A DNA stretch of 64,000 bases from Albugo candida (lineage: Eukaryota): the NCBI GenBank assembly GCA_040437565.1, contig JBDOQK010000016.1, forward strand, positions 124,001-188,000. The letters run 5' to 3'. Positions 49,801 through 61,820 of the stretch are shown here, piece after piece. Made by a program: the position numbers and the translations under genes. Position 1 is the first letter of the stretch, and the number at the start of each line of letters is the position of its first letter. The notes under the pieces were generated by a model that made no database searches, was not told the origin of the DNA, and worked only from the letters and a program-made list of their open reading frames with translations.

Positions 49801-52800
49801 GATGCTTTCCATCTTTGTTTCGTATCAACACGCGTTGATGGTCGACCCGATTTGATGGAGCGGGGTACGTATGCGCTTCAGACTCTGTATGAAGGACGTC
49901 GTTCCTCCATAAAGAGAGATCGATCGATACGATATCGGACCACGAAATCGTATCGCCTTGCATCATTCCGATGACGAATCGACAGAAGAGCTGGCTTTCC
50001 CGTTCAGACGCGTCAGATGAATCAAATCCAATCCACGAGCGGAAGAAGCCTCGCGGCTTTGAACTTGATGGTTCACGAATCCTTTGGACCGAGTAGAGTT
50101 TTGGACACCATGGAGAAGTTTGCTGAAAAAGATACTTCGAGATCAGTTTTCAACCAGCAACGCAGAAACGATTACGTACGGCAGCTTCGTCGATGCAAAG
50201 GAGCTCATCCATCGATGCAAAGTATAGATCCAAATCCTGTTCAACGAATCAGTATCACTAACGAGTGTAGAAAGCTATCGTACCGTGTGATCAAACACCA
50301 CGATGCTGGGTCGGATGCGCAATGACGGCATTTCCGATACTCCCTCGAGTTTCACGAAAAAGGTCGACATGAAGCTGCTTCCCGCTATGACCTGGCAGAT
50401 TCTGGCGGGCCCACCGAGTAAGAGCTCGATTTCAGTCGACCAGACACAGTCGTCTCGATCAGAGTCTTCCGTTTGTCCAAGTCGTATGAGAATCCGATGG
50501 TCCCGCAATTCACACGGAAGTGAGCCATTCGCATTTGCGTCCAAAGCGATACTTTCCATCTGTCGATTTTCCGAGAGCGTACACAGTTGCAATCGAATCG
50601 CCTGAGATGAATCGTTTTGGACGAACAAATTGTTTCGTATTCGGATGACAACAAGAGCACGTCTCGATTCCGTGTTGGGCGATTTGGACGCGTTAGTAGA
50701 GATCTGTATGCGATATCCCTTTGAAAGTATCGTTTCGTCAATGTCTTTGTGAAAGCCCGGAAGAGCCACATTGATAGACATGGAAGCATCGGTCCATTTG
50801 ACACTCAGCTGAGATGGTCGGCGTGGTGTGACGCTGGTGTCAATCTGTGTTTGTCCTTGTGGGATGCACACATGAGCTTCCTTGTCCTCCTCCGACGTCG
50901 TATCTCTCAATAAAGCGAGAATGGGATGACACAGCTCGTTGGTGATGCTGAAAGCTGGAACGACTTCAAGCACCAACCATGTATACCGCAAGCCAAGATA
51001 AGTATCCGTGATCGCGTGTTTGATCGTTCGAGACAAATGAACGCCAACATGAACCACTCCAGCAGCAGAATTGTCTCTCAGTACTCCGATATCGACCAAT
51101 GTTTGATCCCTTGTTGGATAGTAAGGATCCAATGGAGCCGGGAAAATGGCTTGACCTTTCAATGAGACCAGGATCTTAGTCTCGAGACAGTCAGAACTCG
51201 TGATGGATACGTCGAGGAGGTTCTTTGTCATGGCACACTGACGTGCGTTGGCAGAGATCTGATACTGAAAGTCTTTTGCGGCCACTCGTATTGGTATTTT
51301 GAGATGATTCCTTATCGTCAATGTTGGATGTAATGTCACGATACTTTGACGTTTACAGAGCTGATGCGAGACCCATAAGAAGCCGTGCGTTGTGAGCTTT
51401 CTACCAGTGACCGCAGAATGTTTGATCCTGCATGGCTCACTCCAAAGCTTCTCACTCGTATCCAAGCTGAATTCCATGCAAAAAGGGAGATCGAGTTGAG
51501 CCCAGCTATACGCTGTCGACTTGCCCGCATCCAGTCTGAGCTGCTCGTTTGATCCTTCCTGACGATACCACACAGCTTGACCGACGTTGTTGACCAGTAC
51601 TATTCGCATCTCAGGCAGGAGAAGAGTATCGTTTCGTGAGGTAATCGCAATATCGTCTCGAGGTTGTCCCAAGGAAGCACACATATCCGTCAAATACGCA
51701 GCCATAAGTATCGCGTTCTGCGTCAAAAAGATCGAACCTGGGTCCATCTGGAATGTGAGAACAAGTCCGGATGCGCTGTGTCGAGTCTGAAGGTCAAGTT
51801 TACAAGGTGACAGTAACGAGATAGTAGCAAGTTGTGCGATATTCTCCATAGCAATCTGAAGATGAAATGTTATTCGAATCTGTGTGGATGCCTCTGTAGC
51901 CATTTGGTCGAGCCTGAGACGCATCTCCAAAGCTTTGAATACGACGATATCGTGGGAATACTTTTCAAATGTGTAATGGCAAATGGAGCCGATGACCTCA
52001 ATCGGACATATTTGTATAGAAAGCGTCTTGTACGCATTCATAGCCAGCCGTGACTTCACTTGGATCGAAGATGCAACTAAGGCGCTGATCGTCAATCGCT
52101 TCTCTTGTTCTTTATCCTCAATCAGAGGCGAACGCCAACGAACTTCCCAGCGATCAGAGGCTGGTGCATGCTGAATCATCACGTGTCGAATCTGGTTGGT
52201 GAGGTCAAGATCATCGTCTTCATGTTCCTGGGGATCGTATTGTTCATCGTTCGTCTGGGAAATATACTCGTCGTGGGTTCCCCACGGGATGTAAAAGTGT
52301 CCTACAAGCTCATAAAGGCCTCGATCATAGTTCCAGTATCGTATCTGGCAAAAAAGATCGGCTTCTCGATCGTATTGAGCTGTAGGCCATCCACTTGGAA
52401 GTCCAGTTGGAGGATGTGGAACAGGAAACACGATTATTTCATCGACAGTCCGAGGAAGATGATAACTCCAATGCATCGACATCCATCCATTCGCGTGATC
52501 TTCAACGTTCCAAGCGTCCTGGTTAGCATTCTCAATCAGTTGACTGACTTCATATTGCGAATTGCTTGCGAGATGCGTGCGAATGCGATACTCCGAGTTC
52601 GAGGATGTTGGCTGCTGGATGTAGACGTTCCCAGTTTCTACTGTCAGCGATTCTTTCAACACGAGTTCGCCTGGTGAAGGATGATCGTGCGGCTTGATGA
52701 TTCGAGAGAGGTCGTTCAGATCGTCTGTGGATTGATCGATTGAAAGTGGCTCTCTCTCAGTTCGAATGTGTGCTTTCTGTGCACTTTGGTCTTTCGTCCG

Positions 52801-55800
52801 CAAGGGATTCACTGACAGCAACAACAGCGCTCGTAATGTATACGGAGACGCTCTACACTTGATGGAGCCAGCGTCCACAATCGCAGTGAGAGATGTACAA
52901 CTCGTCAGAGAATACGTTTGCTCATAGAAATGCTTCTCCAGCACCACAACGCAATGTCCGACGCCTCGTGCACTAAACTCTTCGATGAAGTCATACTTTG
53001 TGCACGTATTTGCCGAACGTATGAGAGCCCAAAATTGCGGCCAGGAGCTCGTCTGTGTGTCAGTTTGTTGGATCGGGAGAACACTTTGGACGATCGGCGC
53101 TTTCTCTGCGACTCGGATACAGATCTTCTCGACATTCACAATCACGTTCATCCATTCATAAGGTAAGAAGCGGTACAACGGGCTATGTTTGCGCTGGGTA
53201 CTCGCTCGATTAGACGTTGTGTCGTTCAAGCTACAGGTTACAAAACCCTGACCAAATGACAGCCATATTCTCGGCGCTACAGCCCATTGGTTGCTTGCAG
53301 ATCTCTCTCCTGTGAACGATAAAATACTTGGGAGAATCAAAAATTTCCAGCTTATCTTCTCGCTGGCGATTTCGAATGGAGTTGGAGTCGTCTTTTGTAT
53401 CTGAGGTACGATTTGGAACGTTGATTTTGGCAAAGGTACAGCAAGAAATTCCGTCAATATCTGTAGGAATGTGGCCGAGAGATGGAGTTGAAACGATTGT
53501 ACGTCCACACATACGAGACGACTCGATGAATTGCTTCCATTTTGTGTGATTTCAAGCAAGCTCCATTGACCGGAAACAAGTTTTCCGAAATAATTACTGA
53601 CGTCATTTTGCCATAAAACGGGATCCGAAAGCGGTCCAATAATCAAATTCTCGACGTTTGAAATACAGTGCCCGATGACGAAATTTTGCATATAAAAGCT
53701 GCCCGAGTGCGTGACGTTCGAGTGGCGCCAACCAATGTGTCCAAGCCTCGAGCGAATACACTGCCCCAATGTGATAAGAACGCCATCAACAGCGAGATCC
53801 ATCGCTATTGCCATCTGCTTGGTATCGCAGGTCGGCGAGCTTGAGCTTCTTGTTGTTCCATGGACCACAAAAGATCGCCTAGCACAATTCGCAGCAGCAA
53901 GCAGTGTACTCATTTGGACGACAATTCTATCAAAATGGTGCTTTTCTGCTTGGATGCGAACTTTTGTAAGGGAAATCGCCCATTTTTGCACTTTGGGCTC
54001 TGCGATGATCTCACAAGTGGCATTGCACGGTCCAATGACGACATGTTTGGACTTTATGGACACTCGAAGTAGTCGTTCGAGGCCAAACGCTTGGTCAGCA
54101 TTGCGGTCTGATTGCCATTCAATGATCGAGAATTCCAATTTGCTCAGATGAAAGGATACCTGTCGTTGTTTATTGCGATTTTGATGTCCTGGACGACATA
54201 TCAATTCCAAGTGAGACGGTAAAGCTTGAGCGTTGAATGGAGAATAACGGAATCGTTCCAGCCAAAGATCGTTCCATGAGCTGCTCGATGATGAAATAAA
54301 GTCAAAACTGAGGACCACAGGATCCTTCCCGAACGCATTTTCATCATCAGTGGTAGAGTTGATGAGAACGAGTCGTTGGCTGCGGATTGCCACAGACACC
54401 TCCATCTCAGCGATATTTGCAAGCCGATACTGTTGTTTTGCTGATGGTTTATGTCGCTCTGTGCGTTCTCTTGTAGCGTGATCACACCGTCGACATGAAC
54501 AACAAGATGCGGCCGATACTGAAGCGATTAGAAGAATAGACGACGTGCTTAGAGCAATGTCAAAGCTCTCCATAGAAGCGGCCAATACGACTTCGTCAAA
54601 GTGCTCGTCCGATTTCATCATATAATTGGAGAAGACCAACGAAAAGCATGCCGTGCTCGTCGTCGCGGGAGGAATCGTTGCATACGAATCTCGTTTGGTT
54701 TCGATAAGCAACGGAATTTCAGCTGTACTCGGCGAGGAACATCGGGCGCTCGCTTGATGTCTGAAAGCCCGTACGATGGAGCTGGTAATTGTCCATGAAA
54801 GGAGAGGACCAGACATCTCGACTTTCCCACCTGATGGATGTGCCTCACTCAACATTGCCGCCTTCACAGCCTGTAATTCCACGACATCCAAGTAGAGCAG
54901 AAATGCAAGAAAAATGCTGTCTGGAAGCACTCCAAAGTCACCAAAATTGTTACCAACGCGATCCGTGAGCGCTATTCCTTCCGTGATGCGCATATTCATG
55001 ACGTAGAATTGACCATCGAGCATGATCAATGGATCTAGACAATCTCGAAGCTTTCTTTGTGAATCAACTGCGAATTCTATCGAATTACTTTCCATCTGAA
55101 GCCAGCCGTATCGAGTAGTGATTGAGTGGGGATTTCCGCCTAAAGCTCGCTGAAAGTCTCCGTGACAGCTTACTTTCAAGCAGTCGATTGCCAACTTGAA
55201 CGTAGAAATCATATCGGGTGCAAGACCTTGTTTGGAAAATTCTGTGGCAGCTGGAATCGGGCTCAGCGCTTTGCAGATGAAGGGAAGTCGATACAGCCAA
55301 TACATCTATCAGAATCGTCTTAGCGTGATTCAGAAGGAGAGTTGTGGCTTACATTATAACGTGACAGCTTCAGATCCACTTTGCCGATTCTAACGACAAC
55401 AACCAGTTTCCTGGATGATTCTTTGCCATCTATAGACTTGGTCTCATCCGAGTACGATGAAGAAGCTTCGATTCCTCCAAGCTGTAAGACATCGATCCAG
55501 GATGGAAGGTACCCAACACTATTCGGAAGTTTGCAATAAAGCTTCGTGACTGAGAGCTTCCATGTGAGATCCAAAGCTGTTCCAACGATTCTTTTCGAGT
55601 CCGCGGTCTGAGTGGATTCCACTCGAACGGAAGGAAGAAGAAGACTCATTCCTGGATTCATATCGAGCGATCCGCCGGCAAAAGAGATCTCCACGCGAGT
55701 ATCCGAACTCACAGAGTAAAGCTGTCCCACGTTTTCTTCAGTTGGGGTTTGCTTGCGAGTAAATCTCTTCTCGAGCTCTATTGTCGCAACTTGTACCGTT

Positions 55801-58800
55801 CGTTGTACGCATTGTATGGCGCGTAAGAGACTCGAGAGATCACCTTCCAATTCGGGGATATTCATGGAAACTCTATCGATAAGGAATGCTTCTTGGGCCT
55901 TTATGTGATCGTCGGGATTGGTGGCGAAGAGGCTGTCGAGCTGTTGATTGCATTTGCAGCCAATTTGCAGGTGGATCATCGACCATTCCTCGACTGTCTT
56001 TATTGGCAAAACACCAGCTTGCAGCATACGCTCAAAAGCTCTTTTTCTTGTATGGCTACAAACGTGGATTGATCCCAATCGTATACACATTCCAATGTTC
56101 TCCTTTTTCTCGGCAGTGAAGCTTATATGCGTCAATTGAAATTGGTAAGAGGAGGATGAGCTTGTTGTAGAGGTCGTCGATTGTCCAAATACGGCTGCAA
56201 TGTGCCTCGAGACTTTTTCTTGCAGCTTCAAAACGGTACGATCCATTGACATCCCACTCATGGCTACGTTCTTGTGTGATCGAAGGCCGTATATCACCAC
56301 GAAAGAATTCATCGCTGCCCGAGACGCTTCTCCAATCTCGAAGAATGCCTTCTCTACAGCGAAATGGAAACTTCCCAAAGCTTTTTGTTCCAACAAAACG
56401 TCTTTGACGCCAAAGCGTATGCGGTGATCTCCAATCGTGCTCGGAAAAGCGCATCTTACGTCCATTCCCCTCCACGTGACAGTACGAAACGCTGAAGACT
56501 TTGAATTCGATTGAGACTTTGACACTGTCACTATCTCTTCCCCGAAACTGCTGAGAGGTATAAACTCCCACACATTCCGACAGAATTGGTAGTCAATGTC
56601 CGCTGTCATTTCGCCAAGAGATACGTCAAAGATCTGTAATGTATCTTGAGCGTTGTCTGCCTCAATACCATCGCCTTTGATTGTTTGTAAGCAAAATCGG
56701 CCACGTACAGCTGCATCTGCGGTTCGATGAGCTTTGTTTCCAGCCAACGCATTTTGAAGATACTCGGTTCCCTTTCCGCACGTATGGAGTGTGTATTGTG
56801 AAAGCGCTTTGAACAAGAACGCTTGTACCTCCAATCTCGAAAGTGGCTGATTCTGTTCATGACTCATTTGTTGCATCTGCGATGTCAAATCGGCCCAAAG
56901 GGTGTTGTCGACGATCCAATTGTTCCATGCCAAGCCTTGTAATTCGTCATGAAGGAGCATCTTTAGAGAAACCTCAAGTCTGTCCAGCTCGATGGAGCTC
57001 ATTGTCGGAATGTAAGAGACAATTTGGGTGCTCCATTGCATCAACGTGGAAAGCGGGACACACTGATGCGTTCCTTTATCCCAAAATACCTCGCAATCAC
57101 ACCTGAGGTCCACACGTGGAGCGCTCAAGTTTGGTTGGTCGTTGTCGCTTTTCTCATTTTGGCTGCTTTCTTGATTGAAAAATGACATTTGCGTGAGAGG
57201 ATGCTTTAGCGTTGAGGCACTTCCCCAAGTAAGTACATCTGAATCCATTGAGTCACAGTACACTTTGACGCCTCCTATCTGAATAGCAAGATCGAATCTG
57301 CCAATCTGAAGGTCGGATGTGCTGGTGCAAGTGTGCTGCTTTGACTCGAGCACTAGTTCCAAAGCCGAAGCTGTCAAAAAGAGCGTGCAGATTGAGACAG
57401 GTGAATACGGCGTGCTCGCTCGGACTTGATGCAAACGAACGGGCACGAGTCCCAAGTTGGCAACCGGAATCAGTTCTTCTAAAAGCTCAATATCGTCGGT
57501 CTCTTCTTCAGTTGCATTTATTCCTTGTTCTTCGCCTTTGTGATGTCTCAAAGTGATCGCACAGGATTCTATGGAGATGCGGATACAAGTACAAGTAGGC
57601 GGTGGTACCACCTTTAGACTTTGGTGTTGCTCTTTAGGGGCACTGAGTGCCTTCTCTGATTCTGCCAGAAGCTCAGATACGAGAGGATCATCGATATCAG
57701 TGGCAAAACGGAGGTAGTCAAGAGATCGATCAAGCCACGAAGAGGCTTTTTCCAATGTCGGATTCTCAATCTCTTCGTCATCGAAAGAGCCTTCAAAGAG
57801 ATCTTGCTCTTCACACGCCCGTCTTGTTTCATTTTGTTGATTTGGAATACTTTTGGCACAAAGGATTTGCGACGATTGCGATACTTTTACGAGCATTTCC
57901 AGCTGACGATCGCTTATGGAGAACTGGAGGGTCCCAACATTGATATCAACTTCTATCAAAGGCTGTATGCCTGCTCTTCGCTGTAGATAAATGTATAGAG
58001 GATCCTGGTTGACGCACGGGCGATACAATTCTGTTAGAGCATCGTCCGAGTTCGCATTGGCATTCGTGAATGACGATACATGAGATTGAGTATCAGCTTC
58101 CTTCATGTCAGTAATCTTCTTCAGATATAATCGAACGCGAGAGCTGATGGAGCCACGATTCAGTATCGGTATTTCATATCCAATGACACGACGTGGGGCA
58201 TCGGGTATTTCGCTTTCGGTATATCGGTCGAGAAAGATTGTGAGGTCTCCAGCAGTAATGATCTATACATTCTTCTTAGAAGCTTCCGATGGAACAGATT
58301 GAGCGTTTCTGACCTTACAGATCTCTTGTTGTGGTCCTTCTACTTCAGCGAATCCCGCCATCCATCCGAGTCGATTTCTGGCCGATTTGATTTCCAGGCT
58401 CTACATTTCAAATACCACATTCAGACTGTATTTGAGCTGATAAGAGCACTAGTACTACCCCCAATGCCATAGAAAGAACAACCTCGCTTTCTTCATATTT
58501 GACCACGAGATTATTCACCTACATCACATCCTTTAGCGGTCAATTATCTGCTGTGAGCAATCTAACGCGACCTGAACGGTGACATTGACCAGTATCTTCT
58601 GCAAGGCTTCATGAATCCAGCTAGGCTTCGTCTCATCGAGTTGAGTGGCTTGCCCCGAAGACACTCTACTTCTATAACGGCAAATGTTTTGTTGATCGGG
58701 TCTTTGTGAAATTTCTCGAGCGTACCTCTTTGTAGAGGCTGATGTCGATCTTTGAGCGTCATTTTGGCTCTTGACTGTGGTCAGAATGATCTCTATCGTG

Positions 58801-59176
58801 TACAATTTGACTTCGATGGGCTGTGATAGAAGCTGAGTCCATGGGATATGAATTCGGAGTTCCTGGCAGATACTTTCGTGAGCCTCTATGAGTTGATATG
58901 TGCATACTGTACTCGTATAAATCCTCGTGAGAAATCAAAAGATGGAGAGATCTCTAAGCTTTCCTAAAATATGAATTTGTGAATAAAGCACAATGCTGTT
59001 ATGAGTTTGCACGGTACCAATAAAACGTGACGTTTGATTTCGAGATCATTGAGCACCAAGTCTCCACCGAAAAAACCAAGACCTTCCAGGTGAATGCCTT
59101 CTATATATTTACTAAGATAGAATTGAAGTGTCTGCGCTATGTAGCTACGAATTGGAGACGATAAGATATCAAACAT
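46843..59176 (-). CDS. VPS13B-like bridge-type lipid transfer protein (multi-exon, roughly 3700 aa)
   Basis: Chorein-N start (LSKYIEGIHLEGLGFFGGDLVLNDLEIK...LRIHIPWTQL), large exons 55320..58106, 50275..55305 and 48692..49966, a MHWSYHLPR..IIVFPVP segment, and VPS13 C-terminal motifs (LNIFGNPA, GLLTGAASFIRHTS, GVGKGIVGVVARPVAG). VPS13B subtype is inferred. Confidence 0.88.
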
Positions 59177-60078
59177 GACCGTGTAAGATCCGATTAGCCA
59201 ATACGAATACGTTTATGCTGCTGACGCGGCATCAAGCGCGTCAATACTAATCTCTGACCGGATTGGTTTAAAATAACCCTTTAAGAATCAATCGTACTCT
59301 CATAACTTATAGAATTACCTACATGCGCTCATGCGCTCATGCGCCTTTGTGTGCTCTACTTTGCGCTTGCGCTTGCGCGTGCACCTCACTGTTTCACGCT
59401 ATGCAGTTGAAAGTTGGAATCTTTAATCGAATGATAGAGAGTGCATTCTTCCCCCCATTTCTCGCCAGAGAAGAGAGCGTTTCTTCGATGGAAGCTCGAA
59501 ATTGCTTCACGTGGAATTTACTATGCAGCTGCTGCATGATCTTCATCAGATACGTATTTAGCTCTGCACCCACAACGCCGGATAGCAAACTATTACAACG
59601 GAAATTCATTCAGTCGATAGATAGCTAACGTTTGGACATTGCTCACCGTATGCCTTCGACTGCCATCAAGAAAATGTCATCATTAGTTGTCATTAACGCA
59701 CGTCGAAGAGCAGTGACGACTTTTGTCAAAATTGGAAGTGTTTTTTCTCGAGCACAATCAAGCGCTAAAAGCTCACGGTAACTTTGTCGGGCTAGAAATA
59801 CAAAAGGATGCTCTGTTTCCTGGAATCCTTCGATGCAGATCACAAGAAGCGGATCAAAATCCACGTCTACAAAGACTCTGCTGTTTAGCTCCGCTTTCGT
59901 ACTGATCGACATGGAAACACACCTGTGATATCTTGCATCCATTGCAGCGAGTTTCGAATGCTACCNNNNNNNNNNNNNNNNNNNNNNNNNNNNNNNNNNN
60001 NNNNNNNNNNNNNNNNNNNNNNNNNNNNNNNNNNNNNNNNNNNNNNNNNNNNNNNNNNNNNNNNNGCACCTCACTGTT

Positions 60079-61073
60079 TCACGCTATGCAGTTGAAAGTT
60101 GGAATCTTTAATCGAATGATAGAGAGTGCATTCTTCCCCCCATTTCTCGCCAGAGAAGAGAGCGTTTCTTCGATGGAAGCTCGAAATTGCTTCACGTGGA
60201 ATTTACTATGCAGCTGCTGCATGATCTTCATCAGATACGTATTTAGCTCTGCACCCACAACGCCGGATAGCAAACTATTACAACGGAAATTCATTCAGTC
60301 GATAGATAGCTAACGTTTGGACATTGCTCACCGTATGCCTTCGACTGCCATCAAGAAAATGTCATCATTAGTTGTCATTAACGCACGTCGAAGAGCAGTG
60401 ACGACTTTTGTCAAAATTGGAAGTGTTTTTTCTCGAGCACAATCAAGCGCTAAAAGCTCACGGTAACTTTGTCGGGCTAGAAATACAAAAGGATGCTCTG
60501 TTTCCTGGAATCCTTCGATGCAGATCACAAGAAGCGGATCAAAATCCACGTCTACAAAGACTCTGCTGTTTAGCTCCGCTTTCGTACTGATCGACATGGA
60601 AACACACCTGTGATATCTTGCATCCATTGCAGCGAGTTTCGAATGCTACCATGCTGTATACGACATGGAATGGAGCCTGCATCATAAGCAGTACCGAAAG
60701 ATCTACAAAGTCTCTTTGATAAATTCCAACATTTTCCAGATATCTTTTCTTACGTTTTATGACGTTTACCAGAACTCCAGACGGCTGCTTGTTTGTGTGT
60801 CGTGAGTCTTGTTGATGGTAACGGTAGCGCTTTCGTGTTATTTTTCGCACTATTTGTATCTCTTGCTGATACGCATGAGACTTCCTTGTGGTTCTCCGTC
60901 TTCTTTATTGGTCTCCCTGTACTTTTGTACTTTTTTACTTTATCATCCATTATTCCCTTCACCTCTTCCTTGTTATTGTCATCCTTTCCAGCTTTCACGT
61001 TGGCATTTGCTACGTCGGTTGTCTTGCTGGTCGTTTCGTTATTTCCTCGCGTGCGTACGACTCGAGTCCGCAT
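60079..61073 (-). CDS. PACRG-like (parkin co-regulated gene-like) protein, multi-exon
   Basis: DFDPLLVICIEGFQETEHPFVFLARQ, LPILTKVVTALRRALM, LSGVVGAELN, IEETLSSLARNGGKNALSIIRLKIPTF. 59394..59965 is an artefactual duplicate of the 3' part. Confidence 0.85.
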
Positions 61074-61139
61074 TTTCAGATTATCTTTCCCAAACACTCA
61101 GTCGACGACTTATTTATAGTCGTAGAGCGCGCTGCACAA

Positions 61140-61820
61140 TCAAAGCTTGCGAGAACGGTAATACCTGAATACTTCTCCATTTGTATCGAAATTTACAATC
61201 CATCCAGTACGATCTGGCTCGGAAAATGAATAGTGCTCTAATAGCTTGAGACTAACATTTCTTCCACGACCTTTTGTACCAATCTGTAAACGAAACTCCA
61301 CTACCGAATCTGGTGTGTTGACCGTTATCAGCACGCGATTTCGCTCCACATGGAATTCACCCTTGTGAACTTTTATTCCTCGCTTTTTGAAGATGTTAAT
61401 GACTTCTTTGGGAGGCTTGAATAACATTGCGTACAAAAGTGTACCATTCCTCTGGAAGTAGAAGTAGCGATAATACACAACTTGTAATACAGAGCCGGGA
61501 GTAATTTCCGGCGTCCACATGTTCCACTCTGGTTTCTTGTAGTACGATATTCGGAGCCAATAGAGGCCATTATAACGAACATGAGGGCGTCGACAGAGCA
61601 TTTCGAACCATGTTTTACAGCGTCGTAATTGTAAGTGTGCCCGCTGGGCAGATTTTCGACATTGTATTGGAAAGATCCGGCAACAGAGTTCCTTGTATAT
61701 CGAATCATCATTCAGGACCTGGTTCCAGTGCTTACAAGTGCAAATACACGATCCGATTGTGTCTTCATCGAGAAATAAGATTAGTTGAGTAAGGAGATGC
61801 TCGGGCAAGTCTATGAGCAT
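61140..61820 (-). CDS. F-box protein, FBXO9/Hrt3-like
   Basis: F-box LIDLPEHLLTQLILFLD...CTCKHWNQVLNDDSIYKELC; RPHVRYNGLYWLRISYY and VVYYRYFYFQRNG resemble the FBXO9 C-terminal domain. Confidence 0.85.
   Translation of the reverse strand: MLIDLPEHLLTQLILFLDEDTIGSCICTCKHWNQVLNDDSIYKELCCRIFPIQCRKSAQRAHLQLRRCKTWFEMLCRRPHVRYNGLYWLRISYYKKPEWNMWTPEITPGSVLQVVYYRYFYFQRNGTLLYAMLFKPPKEVINIFKKRGIKVHKGEFHVERNRVLITVNTPDSVVEFRLQIGTKGRGRNVSLKLLEHYSFSEPDRTGWIVNFDTNGEVFRYYRSRKL

Noticed and set aside
15402-61820. Possible ubiquitin-proteasome gene cluster (HECT, proteasome beta, BTB, F-box)
   Set aside because: The genes are scattered among unrelated ones and these families are abundant in eukaryotes; there is no evidence of co-regulation.
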